Virus record (IMG/VR): IMGVR_UViG_3300033429_000003
Coordinates: 1-63,062 of that record
Length of the DNA: 63,062 nt
DNA from: a virus
Lineage: Duplodnaviria > Caudoviricetes
Strand: one strand, 5' to 3'
How positions within the stretch are numbered: position 1 is the stretch's first letter; each line of letters starts with the position of its first letter. Positions 1 through 9,317 of the stretch are shown in pieces. The notes beneath the pieces were generated by a model that was not told the origin of the DNA, did not search any database, and saw nothing but the letters and a program-made list of their open reading frames with translations. A program made the position numbers and the translations under genes.

Positions 1-948
1 GGCGTGCCCACCGAGTTTGTCTACGGTGGGATGCAGTTCTCTGGGTCCAACGTATCTATGCGGATACTGGAGAACCACTTCCTCGACCAGAAGGCTCAGC
101 GCAAGCAGCTCATCGACGACTTCATTCTGCCGAACGTCGGGGCGTACATGGGGTGGGACGTTGTCCCTTGCCACTACAAGCGTTTCAAGATGGCTGACGA
201 CCTTCAGCGGTCGGCTCTCTACCTCCAGCTCAACCAGGCCGGCAAGTTGTCCGACAAGAGCTTGCTTGAGGACCTGGACTGGGAGTCCAGCAAGGAGGCC
301 AACACCATCGAGGTCGAGCGCAACCAGGTGCTCGAGGCCCAGCGGCGCCAGGCCATTGCCCAAGCCAACATCCAGGGCGAGGCTCAGCTTGCAGCCATGA
401 AGTACCAGATGCGCGGGCAGAAGATGATGATGGAGCAGGCTCCCCCCGACGCGGCTGCCCAGGGCATGCCCGCCGAGCCCCCCAATCCTGCTGCTGGGGT
501 GCCGGGACAGATGAGCCCCATGGCCGCCGGCGGCATGCAGAACTCTGAGATGGGGATGATGAACCAGACGGGGCAGTTCCCGACCATGGAGGTCCCGCCG
601 GCAGGAGGACCTCAGGCAGGCGCGCCCCCTGGAGAAGCTCCTGCCCAACCTCAGCAAGCCCCGCAGGAAGCTGCCATGCAGCCCGCTCAATCTCAGCTGC
701 AGGCTGGACAGCAGGGTGGCGGGTATGATCTCCAGATGGTCGCGCAGCAGGTTGTGTCGTGGCTCGATCAGCTACCCGAGCACGAGCGCAACCACGAACT
801 CATCAACATGCAGCAACAGAACCCGCAGCTCTACTCCATGGTGCTGCAGATGCTGCAAACGCGTGCCGGCGCCGAGCAGAACTCAGCAGCGGCCCCACTA
901 CCCGAGCAGCGACCCCCTAGACGGGGACCTGAAGCAGCCATGGTGTGA
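1..948 (+). CDS. Portal protein, C-terminal part (5'-truncated), with Pro/Gln/Ala/Met-rich tail
   Basis: Frame open from the window edge. GVPTEFVYGG..SGSNVSMRILEN and a later GKLSDKSLLE helix resemble portal C-termini; head-module context. Confidence 0.6.
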   Translation, partial: GVPTEFVYGGMQFSGSNVSMRILENHFLDQKAQRKQLIDDFILPNVGAYMGWDVVPCHYKRFKMADDLQRSALYLQLNQAGKLSDKSLLEDLDWESSKEANTIEVERNQVLEAQRRQAIAQANIQGEAQLAAMKYQMRGQKMMMEQAPPDAAAQGMPAEPPNPAAGVPGQMSPMAAGGMQNSEMGMMNQTGQFPTMEVPPAGGPQAGAPPGEAPAQPQQAPQEAAMQPAQSQLQAGQQGGGYDLQMVAQQVVSWLDQLPEHERNHELINMQQQNPQLYSMVLQMLQTRAGAEQNSAAAPLPEQRPPRRGPEAAMV

Positions 949-1040
949 CCCTATAGGGGGCACCTTTCCTGCCCACAATTCTCTTTGACTCAACGCGTCA
1001 TGTAAGTGAGGGCTAAGAGAGGGCGCTGGGCCCCCTCGTG

Positions 1041-1280
1041 TTACGCGGTCTTCGTCCAGCAATCTGGGCAGAGCATAGTTCTCAGGCTGTCTACCTCCTT
1101 TTGGATTCGGTCGCTGTGGACCTCGTCGTATAGGTAGTCGGCTAGGCACTCGGCGCAGCAGAAGTCCATTTCGGTCTCAGTGGCTTGCTCGAAGAAGCGG
1201 TGGGTGATGCGGATGTGTTCTGTCTTGAGGGGCAGGGCACATCCGTCGCACACGAGTAAGCCCATCTTCCCTACCGACAT
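1041..1280 (-). CDS. Small Cys-rich (Zn-finger-like) hypothetical protein
   Basis: CDGC, FCCAEC and CPDC motifs; likely start MSVGK overlaps the upstream gene. Confidence 0.55.
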   Translation of the reverse strand: MSVGKMGLLVCDGCALPLKTEHIRITHRFFEQATETEMDFCCAECLADYLYDEVHSDRIQKEVDSLRTMLCPDCWTKTA

Positions 1281-1693
1281 GGCGGCACGTCTCTTTCCAG
1301 ACTCCAGTTCCAGATTGGGAGGTCCCAGTCGTCTACAACGCACATGATGTGCACGTGGCCCACGTTGAGACAGTCGTGGGCAAGAAGTCCTAACCGGTTC
1401 TGTCGAATCTTCAGCTCTTCTACCCTAACTACTACGTCTGGGCAGTCAGATTCCCCCTCCATCTCGAACTCCTGACTACACAGGGTGCAATACTCTTCAT
1501 CCAGGTAGAGGGTAAGGATGCCTCTTTCGTGTGCGCATGAAGTACATAGCCACTTGAGGGACTCTCCGTCTTCAAACCGGTCTTCTTCAAACTCCAGGCC
1601 GCTGTGGCCTAGGTAGAGTGATACTACTTGCAATCGGTGGAAGACGCTTCCTGGCGTAAGGTCTATTGGTTCTTGGCAGGCTAAACATTGCAT
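1271..1693 (-). CDS. Cys-rich hypothetical protein
   Basis: CLAC, CTSC, CTLC, HxxC motifs; GGAG before ATG. Confidence 0.6.
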   Translation of the reverse strand: MQCLACQEPIDLTPGSVFHRLQVVSLYLGHSGLEFEEDRFEDGESLKWLCTSCAHERGILTLYLDEEYCTLCSQEFEMEGESDCPDVVVRVEELKIRQNRLGLLAHDCLNVGHVHIMCVVDDWDLPIWNWSLERDVPPCR

Positions 1694-1703
1694 TACATCT
1701 CCG

Positions 1704-1754
1704 GTGAAAGACAGGAGGGCCGGTTCTCCAGTCCGACCCTCCTGGTTCTTTCAC
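1704..1754. other. Intergenic imperfect hairpin
   Basis: GTGAAAGA-CAGGAGGG...CCCTCCTG-gt-TCTTTCAC inverted arms between two - strand ORFs. Confidence 0.5.
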
Positions 1755-1763
1755 TGACGTGGA

Positions 1764-1874
1764 CTACATATCCTCCTCGTAGTCCTCTTCCTCCGGTTCC
1801 AGCTCTAGGTCAGGTTCTTCCTCCATAGTGAAGTCTGAGAAGTCATCGTCCAATTCATACTGGGCATCTGACAT
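1764..1874 (-). CDS. 36-aa highly acidic peptide
   Basis: MSDAQYELDDDFSDFTMEEEPDLELEPEEEDYEEDM; purine-rich RBS and a GGTATAAG motif upstream. Confidence 0.5.
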   Translation of the reverse strand: MSDAQYELDDDFSDFTMEEEPDLELEPEEEDYEEDM

Positions 1875-1917
1875 TCTATTTCCCCCAGACGGCAATCTAT
1901 TAGGGCCGTCTACTTTT

Positions 1918-1925
1918 CTTATACC
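1918..1925 (-). promoter_or_regulatory. Recurrent GGTATAAG motif, candidate promoter
   Basis: Also at 18192-18199 (-) and 59135-59142 (-), each just upstream of a gene start. Confidence 0.45.
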
Positions 1926-1948
1926 GAGTTTCCTTGCTTCCTTTCTGA

Positions 1949-1978
1949 TTGACCCGTATGGTTCAGCGCTCGTAAGAT
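1949..1978 (+). promoter_or_regulatory. Sigma70-like promoter for the RNAP gene
   Basis: TTGACC-N18-TAAGAT about 50 nt upstream of ATG 2025. Confidence 0.5.
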
Positions 1979-2024
1979 AGCGGAAGTCTGAGCTTCCGAG
2001 CCTAGACAGAGACCACTGTCCGGA

Positions 2025-5000
2025 ATGGCAAGAAGGGAGTCGGAGATGGCGCACCTGCAGCCGGTCGACGCATTTGAAACTCTCAAAGATAGAACTTCCA
2101 AGACAATATCGAGCTACTTCCCGATCGAGGGTAAGAAGAGTACCCTCCGGGCCAAGAAGGTGTGGGTGGACGACAACCTTGCATGGGGGGACTTGCGTAC
2201 TCAGAAAGACGCAAAGCTCAAGGGGCGCTCGTGGGCGGTACCTGTCCGGGCGGAGCTCGAGTTGGTCGACAAGACTACGGGGAAGGTGAAGGACACCCAG
2301 ACGGTCACTCTGGCGCAGATACCCAAGATAACAAATCGGTACAGCTACATCGTGGGCGGCAACGAGTACCAGGTGACCAACCAGTTCCGCTTGAAGGCGG
2401 GGGCGTACACTCGGGTGCGGGCCAACGGTGAGCTGACCACGCAGTGGAACCTTCCTGAGGGCGGGCTTGGGTTCGACGTCAACTTCGACCCTCGAACAAA
2501 GAAGATGACGATGCGACACGTGGGGAAGGGGTCCAACATTGCCCTGTACCCTGTGCTCAAATCCTTGGGGATGGACGACGACACGATAGAGAGGCAGTGG
2601 GGCCGGGAGATATTCAACGTCAACAAGAAGGAGAACGAAGAGGTGGCCCTCAAGAAGTTCTACAAGACCTTCAAGGGCACCAACCCCCCGAGCATGGATG
2701 CAGCGAAAAGCCTGGTAGTGGAGGAGATGGGGCGCACCAAGCTTCGTCCGGATGCCACGGCTCTCACCCTGGGTAAACCGTTCACACAGGTTACGGGCCC
2801 TGCTCTGATGGCGGGTTCCCGCAAGCTATTGCGCGTGTCCCGTCAGGAAGAGAAGCCAGACGACCGCGACGCGCTGCAGTTCAAAGACATTCTCTCCGCT
2901 GAAGACTTGGTGAGCGAGCGCTTGGAGCGTGGGCAGACCCGACGCGTCATCACTCGGAAGATAACCAACACGTTGGACAAGCGTACCAAGGTGAAAGAGA
3001 TCGTAAATCCCGACTTCTTTGGGAAGCCGGTCAGGTACTTCTTCACCAACTCTACCCTGTCAGAACGGTCTGACCAGACCAACCCGGTCAGTTTCCTCGT
3101 TGGGAACCGGCGGACAACCATAATGGGCGAGGGCGGCATCTCCAGCGACTTGCAGCTCAGCAACGAAGCCAAGTCCGTCAACCCCAGCCACATGGGTTTT
3201 CTCGATGTTATCCAAACTCCCGAGGGGGAAAAGACCGGTATTTCTCTGCAGTTAGCGATGGGCGCCCGGAAGTATGGGAAGGAGCTGAAGACTCAGGTCT
3301 ACGATGTCAAGAAGGGCAAGAACATCAACGTGACGCCGCTTCAGGCTTTGAAGGCCAACCTGGCGTTCCCCGATCAGTACAAGTGGAAGGGAAACAAGGC
3401 GACGCCTGTGGGCCCGTCCATCAAGGTGGCTGACAAGAATGGGGATATAACGACCGTCAAGCCCTCAGAGGTAGATTACGTCATGAAGTCGGCGAAGGGC
3501 GTCTTTGACATCGGGGCTAACATGATTCCCTTTCTGCAGAACGACCAAGGGAATCGAACGATGATGGGGGTGAAGCAGATCGAGCAGGCTATCGGCCTAG
3601 CAAGTAGGGAAGCTCCTCTGGTTCAGGCAGCCGGTGAGGGGGGCCGCACGGCTGAAAGGATCGTGGGTCGATTCGTGTCCCAGAGGTCCCCGGTAGACGG
3701 CGTGGTTTCCAGGGTAACCACGGAAGCCGTTTACGTGAAGGACGCGGCAGGCCGGGAGCACGAACGTCAGATCTACGACAACTTCCCGCTCAATGAGGAC
3801 AAGAGCAAGCTCCACTCCACCCCCTTGGTGAAAGTGGGAGACACCGTTAAGGCGGGGCAGACTTTGGCTGACTCCAACTTCACCCGTGGGGGTGACCTGG
3901 CGTTGGGCACCAACCTGCAGGTCGCCTACATGCCCTACAAAGGCTACAATTTCGAGGACGGAATTGTTGTCTCGGAGTCGGCAGCAAAGAAGCTGACCTC
4001 CGACCACATGTTTCGCCAGGGCATCACGGCTGAGAAGAACACCATCCTCAACAAGAAGAAGTTCCTTGCTGAGACGGCCGGGTCAGTTACGCAGGAACAG
4101 GCTGACAAGCTTGACGACTTCGCTATCGTCAAACCTGGGATGACGGTAAACCAGGGAGACGTTCTTATCGGGGCAATGAAGAAGCAGGAGGTCACCCCCG
4201 AGCAGAAGAAGCTTGGTATGTTCTCCAAATCCTTCCTACGGCCGGCTAGACCGAATGCTCTTCGGTGGGAGAAGGAAACACCGGGTGTTGTCACGCGAGT
4301 GGTCAAGCACGGGAAGGACACAACTGTCTACGTTAATACTCAGGCCCCTGCTACCATCGGGGACAAGATCGTGGGTCGGCACGGTAACAAGGGGATCATA
4401 ACGCACGTCTTGCCAGACCATGAAATGCCTAAGACCAAGAGTGGTAAGGTGGCGCAGGTACTGCTGAACCCAACTGGGATCCCCTGTTACGACGAGGAGA
4501 CGGAGTTCCTGACCACGGACGGTTGGGTGGCGGCCCAAGACATCTCTATGGACCATACCTTCGCCACCCTGAACACAAAGACGTTGGTCATGGAGTTCCA
4601 GGAACCTGAGGAGGTGTACCACATGCCCCACAAGGGGAGCATGTACTGCCTCAGGAACCAGCAGTTGGATATGATGGTGACCCCCAACCACAAGCAGTTC
4701 TCTGCTCGCCGGGGCAACCAAAAGCTGTACGGGTCCATTGACCTAGATGACCCGGAGCTGCCTTCCCTCTTCGAGTTGAAAGAGTCTAGGGAGATCGCAC
4801 GTGAGCCGCGAAGGTACTTGAAGGCTGCCAAGTGGCAAGGAGACCGAGAGTTCTTTTACTACATACCGTCCGGGTCTCCGTCAGGGGGTGGCAAGCCCGC
4901 AGCAGGGATCAATGTATCCTCGATAAGGTGGGCAGAGTTCATGGGCTGGTACCTCTCTGAGGGCAGCACCTATTTCAACCAGTCCAACTATGGGTACATC

Positions 5001-8000
5001 ACTGAGATATCTCAGAGTCGATACGCGAACCCCACGAAGTACGAGAGGGTAGAGGCCCTTGTCCAGTCGATGATGGGAGACGCCTACGAGGCGGTGGAGA
5101 GGGGCATAAGGATCAAGCACAAGGGGCTGTACGAAAAGCTATCTCCTCTGGGGAGGGCGAGGGACAAGTTCATACCTAGAGAGATTCTGGACATGCCGCC
5201 AGACCACTTGAGCGTGTTCTTGGGCGCTCTCATGGCAGGAGATGGTTCCGAATATTGGAATGAGGAGACCGGGCATTACGGGTGTAGGACGTACTGGACG
5301 TCGTCCAAGCTGCTTGCGGACGGCGTCCAAGAGGTTGCTGCAAAACTGGGGATAGCTGCCAACATCAAGAGGGAGACTCGGAATGGGGATGAGGCCTGCT
5401 ACTACCTCTCCTTGAGTGGCAGTCGCATAGCCCCTTGGGTGAACTGGTCTACCACTACCAAGGCGCACCAGTACGAAGAGTGGGTCCAGTACGACGGAAT
5501 GGTCCACTGTACTACGGTACCGAACGGAGTCTTGTTGGTACGCCGCAATGGCAAGGCCGTATTCAGCGGGAACAGCCGTATCAACGTGGGGCAGGTCTTG
5601 GAAACGGCTGCGGCCAAGATAGCGGAGAAGACGGGGAAGACTTACGAGGTCAACAACTTCGACCCTAACAACAAGGACTATACCAGGAATCTGTTGAAGG
5701 AGCTCAAAGCACACGGCATCAAGGACACTGAGGAGATGGTGGACCCGGCGACGGACAAGTCTTTTGGCCAGGTTCTCTTTGGCCCCCAATACATTCTCAA
5801 GCTCCACCACACTGCGGCCAAAGGTCTGATCGCTCGCTCACGGCACTCCTACGATTCGAACATGGTTCCTACCCGTGGTGGCCCGAAGGGTGGTCAGACC
5901 CTGGACGCCATGGGCATGTACGCTTTGCTGGCGCACAACGCTAGGGAAAATATCCGTGAGGCTCAGACCTACAAAAGCGACAATAACGACAAGTTTTGGG
6001 AGATGATTCAGTCTGGAGACTCACCACCGACGCCGAAGGTTCCTTTCGTCTTCAAGAAGTTTGAGGGGTACCTCCGGGGTATGGGCGTGGACACCGTTAA
6101 GGAGGGCAACGACTTAATCTTGCAGCCCTTGACGGACAAGAAGACTCTCGAGATGAGCAATGGCGAAATCAAGAACCCGAGCCATTCACTACGAGCGAAG
6201 GACCTAAACCCTGAACGCGGTGGTATATTCGACCCCAAGGTTACAGGGACAAAGAGTGTCACCAAAGGACTTGGCGCCAAGTGGTCTCACATAAAGCTGT
6301 CCGAGCGTATGCCGAACCCCGTCTTTGAGAAACCGATTGCTGCCTTGTTGGGCATCCCCGAGAAGCACGTGGGGGCCGTCGTGGCGGGAAGGAAGGAACT
6401 CGAAGGCAAAACGGGGCCAGAAGCTATCTCCAGCGCCTTGAACAAGATCAATGTCGACAAGGAGGCGGAGGCCTTAAGGGCTGCTCTGCCTACCATGCGA
6501 ACGTCGCACTTGAACAAGGCCAACAAGAAGATGAAGCACCTACGTGCTCTACAGAAGGCGGGAATGAGTCCTGTGGACGCGTACATGATGAGGCACCTGC
6601 CCGTGCTGCCACCTACTATGAGGCCCGTCAGCATACGGGACAGCGGAGACCTTGTATTCGACGACCTCAACAATCTCTACACCTCTATCGGGAAGACCAA
6701 CTACCAACTCAACACCATGGACCCGGCGATGCCGGAAGAGGAGAAGAGGCCTCTACAAGAGTCCATGTATGATGAGCTCAAGGCCCTTACCCTCACGGGG
6801 ACAGAGAGCCAGGGCAGACATCTAAACGGTATCGCTGAAACCATTGCGGGCAGGGGAAGCCCCAAGGAAGGGTTCTTCCAGCAGAAGGTGATCGGCCGTC
6901 GGCAAGACCTGTCGATGCGGGGCACCATTGTTCCTGAACCGTCTCTTTCCCTGGACGAGGTGGCTATTCCTCGCAAGGCTGCCGCCGAGCTCTACAAGCC
7001 TTTTGTCGTGGCCAACCTTGTGAGTCGCCGGGGCTACTCTCCACTTATGGCCCAACAGAAAGTGAAGGAAGACGGGGTGGAATCCAGGTCAGCTTTGGAC
7101 GAGGTGGCGGCAGAGCGCCCACTTTTACTCAAGCGCGACCCCGTACTTCACAAGTATGGCGTGCAGGCGTTCAAACCCAAGCTGGTGTCCGGGCAGGCAA
7201 TCAAGATCCATCCCCTGGCTACCACGGGATACAACGCAGACTTCGACGGGGACAAGATGTCTGCCTACGTCCCTGTCAGCCAGAAGGCCGTCCAAGAAGC
7301 CTGGAAGATGATACCTTCCAACAACTTGTTTAGTCCCTCTACCGGCTTCGTGATGTTCAAACCAACCCAGGAGTCCATGCAAGGGTTGTTCAAGCTGACA
7401 GAGATGGGCAAGAAGACCAACAAGTCCTTCAAGACTGCCGGTGCGGCCGCGCGGGCTGTAAAGAGTGGGGAGATAGGACTCGACGATGTAGTTACGATTC
7501 AAGACTTCAGTGGGGTGTCCAACTTGGACAAGCTGGCAGCGGCCCCCAAGCGGACGACGGTGGGCCGAATGATGGTCTACAACGCGCTCCCAGAAGAGGT
7601 CCGATCAGAGTCTATGCTGACTGACAAGAACTTCGTCCTCAATAAGGGAAACCTGCAAGACCTGCTGACGAACGTGGCTGCGATGGATAAGGGGAGCTTC
7701 GGCACGGTGTCCGACAAACTCAAAGACTTAGGCAACTCCCGGTCTACAGGGATGTCTATAAGCTTGGAGGACTTCCTGTCAGACCATGAAGACCGGGATA
7801 GGGTCATGAATCAAGCCCGTAAGGTGGAGAATCAGATCCGAGCTGACAAGAAGCTTTCCCCTGCAAAGAGGGATGAAAAGATAGTACAGCTCTACGTCGG
7901 CGCCGGGAAAGAGATAGACGCAAAGACCAAAGCAAGGGCTGACGCCAAGCCCAACCGGATGTACGATTGGGTACGGTCGGGGGCCAGAGGAAGTTGGGAC

Positions 8001-9308
8001 AACTACAAGCAGATGGTTGTGACTCCTCTCTTGGTTGCAGATACTAAAGGCAAGCCGATCCCTGTCCCCATCGACAGGTCCTACTCGGAAGGACTGGACA
8101 TCGGGTCCTACTGGGCTTCGATGTACGGGGCCCGCATGGGGACCCTCAGCAGGACAGAAGGGACCTGGCGCCCCGGGTACATGTCAAAGCAGATGATGGC
8201 CTCAACCATGAACCAGATGGTTGTCTCGGACGACTGCGGTACCAAGAAAGGGCTGGCGCTACCCCTCGATGAGCGGGACATACTCGGACGCTTCACCGCC
8301 AACGATATCCGCCTGAAGAAGGGCGGCAAGGCAGAGGTTATCCCCGCTGGGACCCTTGTTGATCCCGACGTGGTCAATCGCCTGAAGAACAACCGGGTCA
8401 CCGAGGTACCCGTACGCACCCCGCTCCGCTGCCTGCACGGGAAGGGGATGTGTGCAAAGTGCTATGGCCTGGACGAGAACGGGCAGCTGCCCCAGAAGGG
8501 GGTGAACGTTGGAGTGATAGCGGCCCACGCTCTAGGTGAGCCCGCCACTCAGCTCAGCATGAACGCGTTTCATACGGGAGGTATAGTAGGTGCCAAGGGG
8601 ACAGCAGCGCAGGGGACGTTTGACCGAGTGGACCAGCTGCTGCAAGTCCCCACCATCCTGCCGGGGTCTGCCACGCTCTCCAAGGTAGACGGCACGGTAG
8701 ACAAGGTCGACAAGGACCCCGCCGGTGGGTGGAGCGTCTACGTCAGCGGGCAGCGGCACTACGTCCCCCCGACAAGAGACCTGATTGTGAAGAAGGGGCA
8801 GCCCGTGAAGAGGGGGGAGTCTGTGTCCTCTGGCGTGAAGAACCCGAGAGAGATGCTACCTCTTACGGGCATGCCCACTGTTCAGCGGTACATCACCGAC
8901 GAGCTCCACGGCATCTACAAGGAAGTAGCCCCGGTGAAGCGCCGCAACACGGAGACCTTTGTCCGTGCGATGACCAACTTGAGCAAGGTGACCGACCCGG
9001 GCGACCACGACACCTATCTTCGTGGAGACACTGTTCCTGCTACGGAGGTGGCCCAGTACAACAGTCAGAAAGCATCGGACGCTAAGCCAGTACGCGCTGA
9101 CCCCATCCTACACGGTGTGTCCACCCTACCCCTGGAAGTACAGACGGACTGGCTGGCCCGCATGCAGGCTACCAACCTTCGACGTACCGTTCTGGACGCG
9201 GCGGCAGAGAGGTGGGGGTCCGCCCTGCATTCTACGCATCCGGTGCCCGGCATGGCTTACGGTGCGGAATTTGGTAAGGGGACCCCAGAGAAACCTTGGC
9301 TGTACTAG
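2025..9308 (+). CDS. rpoBC: DNA-directed RNA polymerase, fused beta-beta' single chain, intein-containing
   Basis: Beta motifs TPEGEKTG, GYNFEDG, GDKIVGRHGNKG, NPTGIP/SRINVGQ, KLHH; beta' motifs GRRQD, RDPVLH, catalytic NADFDGD, C-terminal Zn site (CGT...C...CAKCYG), trigger loop GEPATQLSMNAFHTGG. Confidence 0.97.
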   Translation: MARRESEMAHLQPVDAFETLKDRTSKTISSYFPIEGKKSTLRAKKVWVDDNLAWGDLRTQKDAKLKGRSWAVPVRAELELVDKTTGKVKDTQTVTLAQIPKITNRYSYIVGGNEYQVTNQFRLKAGAYTRVRANGELTTQWNLPEGGLGFDVNFDPRTKKMTMRHVGKGSNIALYPVLKSLGMDDDTIERQWGREIFNVNKKENEEVALKKFYKTFKGTNPPSMDAAKSLVVEEMGRTKLRPDATALTLGKPFTQVTGPALMAGSRKLLRVSRQEEKPDDRDALQFKDILSAEDLVSERLERGQTRRVITRKITNTLDKRTKVKEIVNPDFFGKPVRYFFTNSTLSERSDQTNPVSFLVGNRRTTIMGEGGISSDLQLSNEAKSVNPSHMGFLDVIQTPEGEKTGISLQLAMGARKYGKELKTQVYDVKKGKNINVTPLQALKANLAFPDQYKWKGNKATPVGPSIKVADKNGDITTVKPSEVDYVMKSAKGVFDIGANMIPFLQNDQGNRTMMGVKQIEQAIGLASREAPLVQAAGEGGRTAERIVGRFVSQRSPVDGVVSRVTTEAVYVKDAAGREHERQIYDNFPLNEDKSKLHSTPLVKVGDTVKAGQTLADSNFTRGGDLALGTNLQVAYMPYKGYNFEDGIVVSESAAKKLTSDHMFRQGITAEKNTILNKKKFLAETAGSVTQEQADKLDDFAIVKPGMTVNQGDVLIGAMKKQEVTPEQKKLGMFSKSFLRPARPNALRWEKETPGVVTRVVKHGKDTTVYVNTQAPATIGDKIVGRHGNKGIITHVLPDHEMPKTKSGKVAQVLLNPTGIPCYDEETEFLTTDGWVAAQDISMDHTFATLNTKTLVMEFQEPEEVYHMPHKGSMYCLRNQQLDMMVTPNHKQFSARRGNQKLYGSIDLDDPELPSLFELKESREIAREPRRYLKAAKWQGDREFFYYIPSGSPSGGGKPAAGINVSSIRWAEFMGWYLSEGSTYFNQSNYGYITEISQSRYANPTKYERVEALVQSMMGDAYEAVERGIRIKHKGLYEKLSPLGRARDKFIPREILDMPPDHLSVFLGALMAGDGSEYWNEETGHYGCRTYWTSSKLLADGVQEVAAKLGIAANIKRETRNGDEACYYLSLSGSRIAPWVNWSTTTKAHQYEEWVQYDGMVHCTTVPNGVLLVRRNGKAVFSGNSRINVGQVLETAAAKIAEKTGKTYEVNNFDPNNKDYTRNLLKELKAHGIKDTEEMVDPATDKSFGQVLFGPQYILKLHHTAAKGLIARSRHSYDSNMVPTRGGPKGGQTLDAMGMYALLAHNARENIREAQTYKSDNNDKFWEMIQSGDSPPTPKVPFVFKKFEGYLRGMGVDTVKEGNDLILQPLTDKKTLEMSNGEIKNPSHSLRAKDLNPERGGIFDPKVTGTKSVTKGLGAKWSHIKLSERMPNPVFEKPIAALLGIPEKHVGAVVAGRKELEGKTGPEAISSALNKINVDKEAEALRAALPTMRTSHLNKANKKMKHLRALQKAGMSPVDAYMMRHLPVLPPTMRPVSIRDSGDLVFDDLNNLYTSIGKTNYQLNTMDPAMPEEEKRPLQESMYDELKALTLTGTESQGRHLNGIAETIAGRGSPKEGFFQQKVIGRRQDLSMRGTIVPEPSLSLDEVAIPRKAAAELYKPFVVANLVSRRGYSPLMAQQKVKEDGVESRSALDEVAAERPLLLKRDPVLHKYGVQAFKPKLVSGQAIKIHPLATTGYNADFDGDKMSAYVPVSQKAVQEAWKMIPSNNLFSPSTGFVMFKPTQESMQGLFKLTEMGKKTNKSFKTAGAAARAVKSGEIGLDDVVTIQDFSGVSNLDKLAAAPKRTTVGRMMVYNALPEEVRSESMLTDKNFVLNKGNLQDLLTNVAAMDKGSFGTVSDKLKDLGNSRSTGMSISLEDFLSDHEDRDRVMNQARKVENQIRADKKLSPAKRDEKIVQLYVGAGKEIDAKTKARADAKPNRMYDWVRSGARGSWDNYKQMVVTPLLVADTKGKPIPVPIDRSYSEGLDIGSYWASMYGARMGTLSRTEGTWRPGYMSKQMMASTMNQMVVSDDCGTKKGLALPLDERDILGRFTANDIRLKKGGKAEVIPAGTLVDPDVVNRLKNNRVTEVPVRTPLRCLHGKGMCAKCYGLDENGQLPQKGVNVGVIAAHALGEPATQLSMNAFHTGGIVGAKGTAAQGTFDRVDQLLQVPTILPGSATLSKVDGTVDKVDKDPAGGWSVYVSGQRHYVPPTRDLIVKKGQPVKRGESVSSGVKNPREMLPLTGMPTVQRYITDELHGIYKEVAPVKRRNTETFVRAMTNLSKVTDPGDHDTYLRGDTVPATEVAQYNSQKASDAKPVRADPILHGVSTLPLEVQTDWLARMQATNLRRTVLDAAAERWGSALHSTHPVPGMAYGAEFGKGTPEKPWLY
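4485..5573 (+). mobile_element. Intein with LAGLIDADG-type endonuclease in the RNAP beta region
   Basis: Splits NPxGxP|SR; starts CYDEETEFLT, ends VFSGN before Ser; GWYLSEG and ALMAGDG endonuclease blocks; 363 aa. Confidence 0.92.
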
Positions 9309-9317
9309 GAGGGCCTC

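Noticed and set aside
1875-2519. Long N-terminal part of the 251-aa - strand ORF
   Set aside because: Antisense to the RNAP gene; only the last 36 codons have an RBS and coherent composition.
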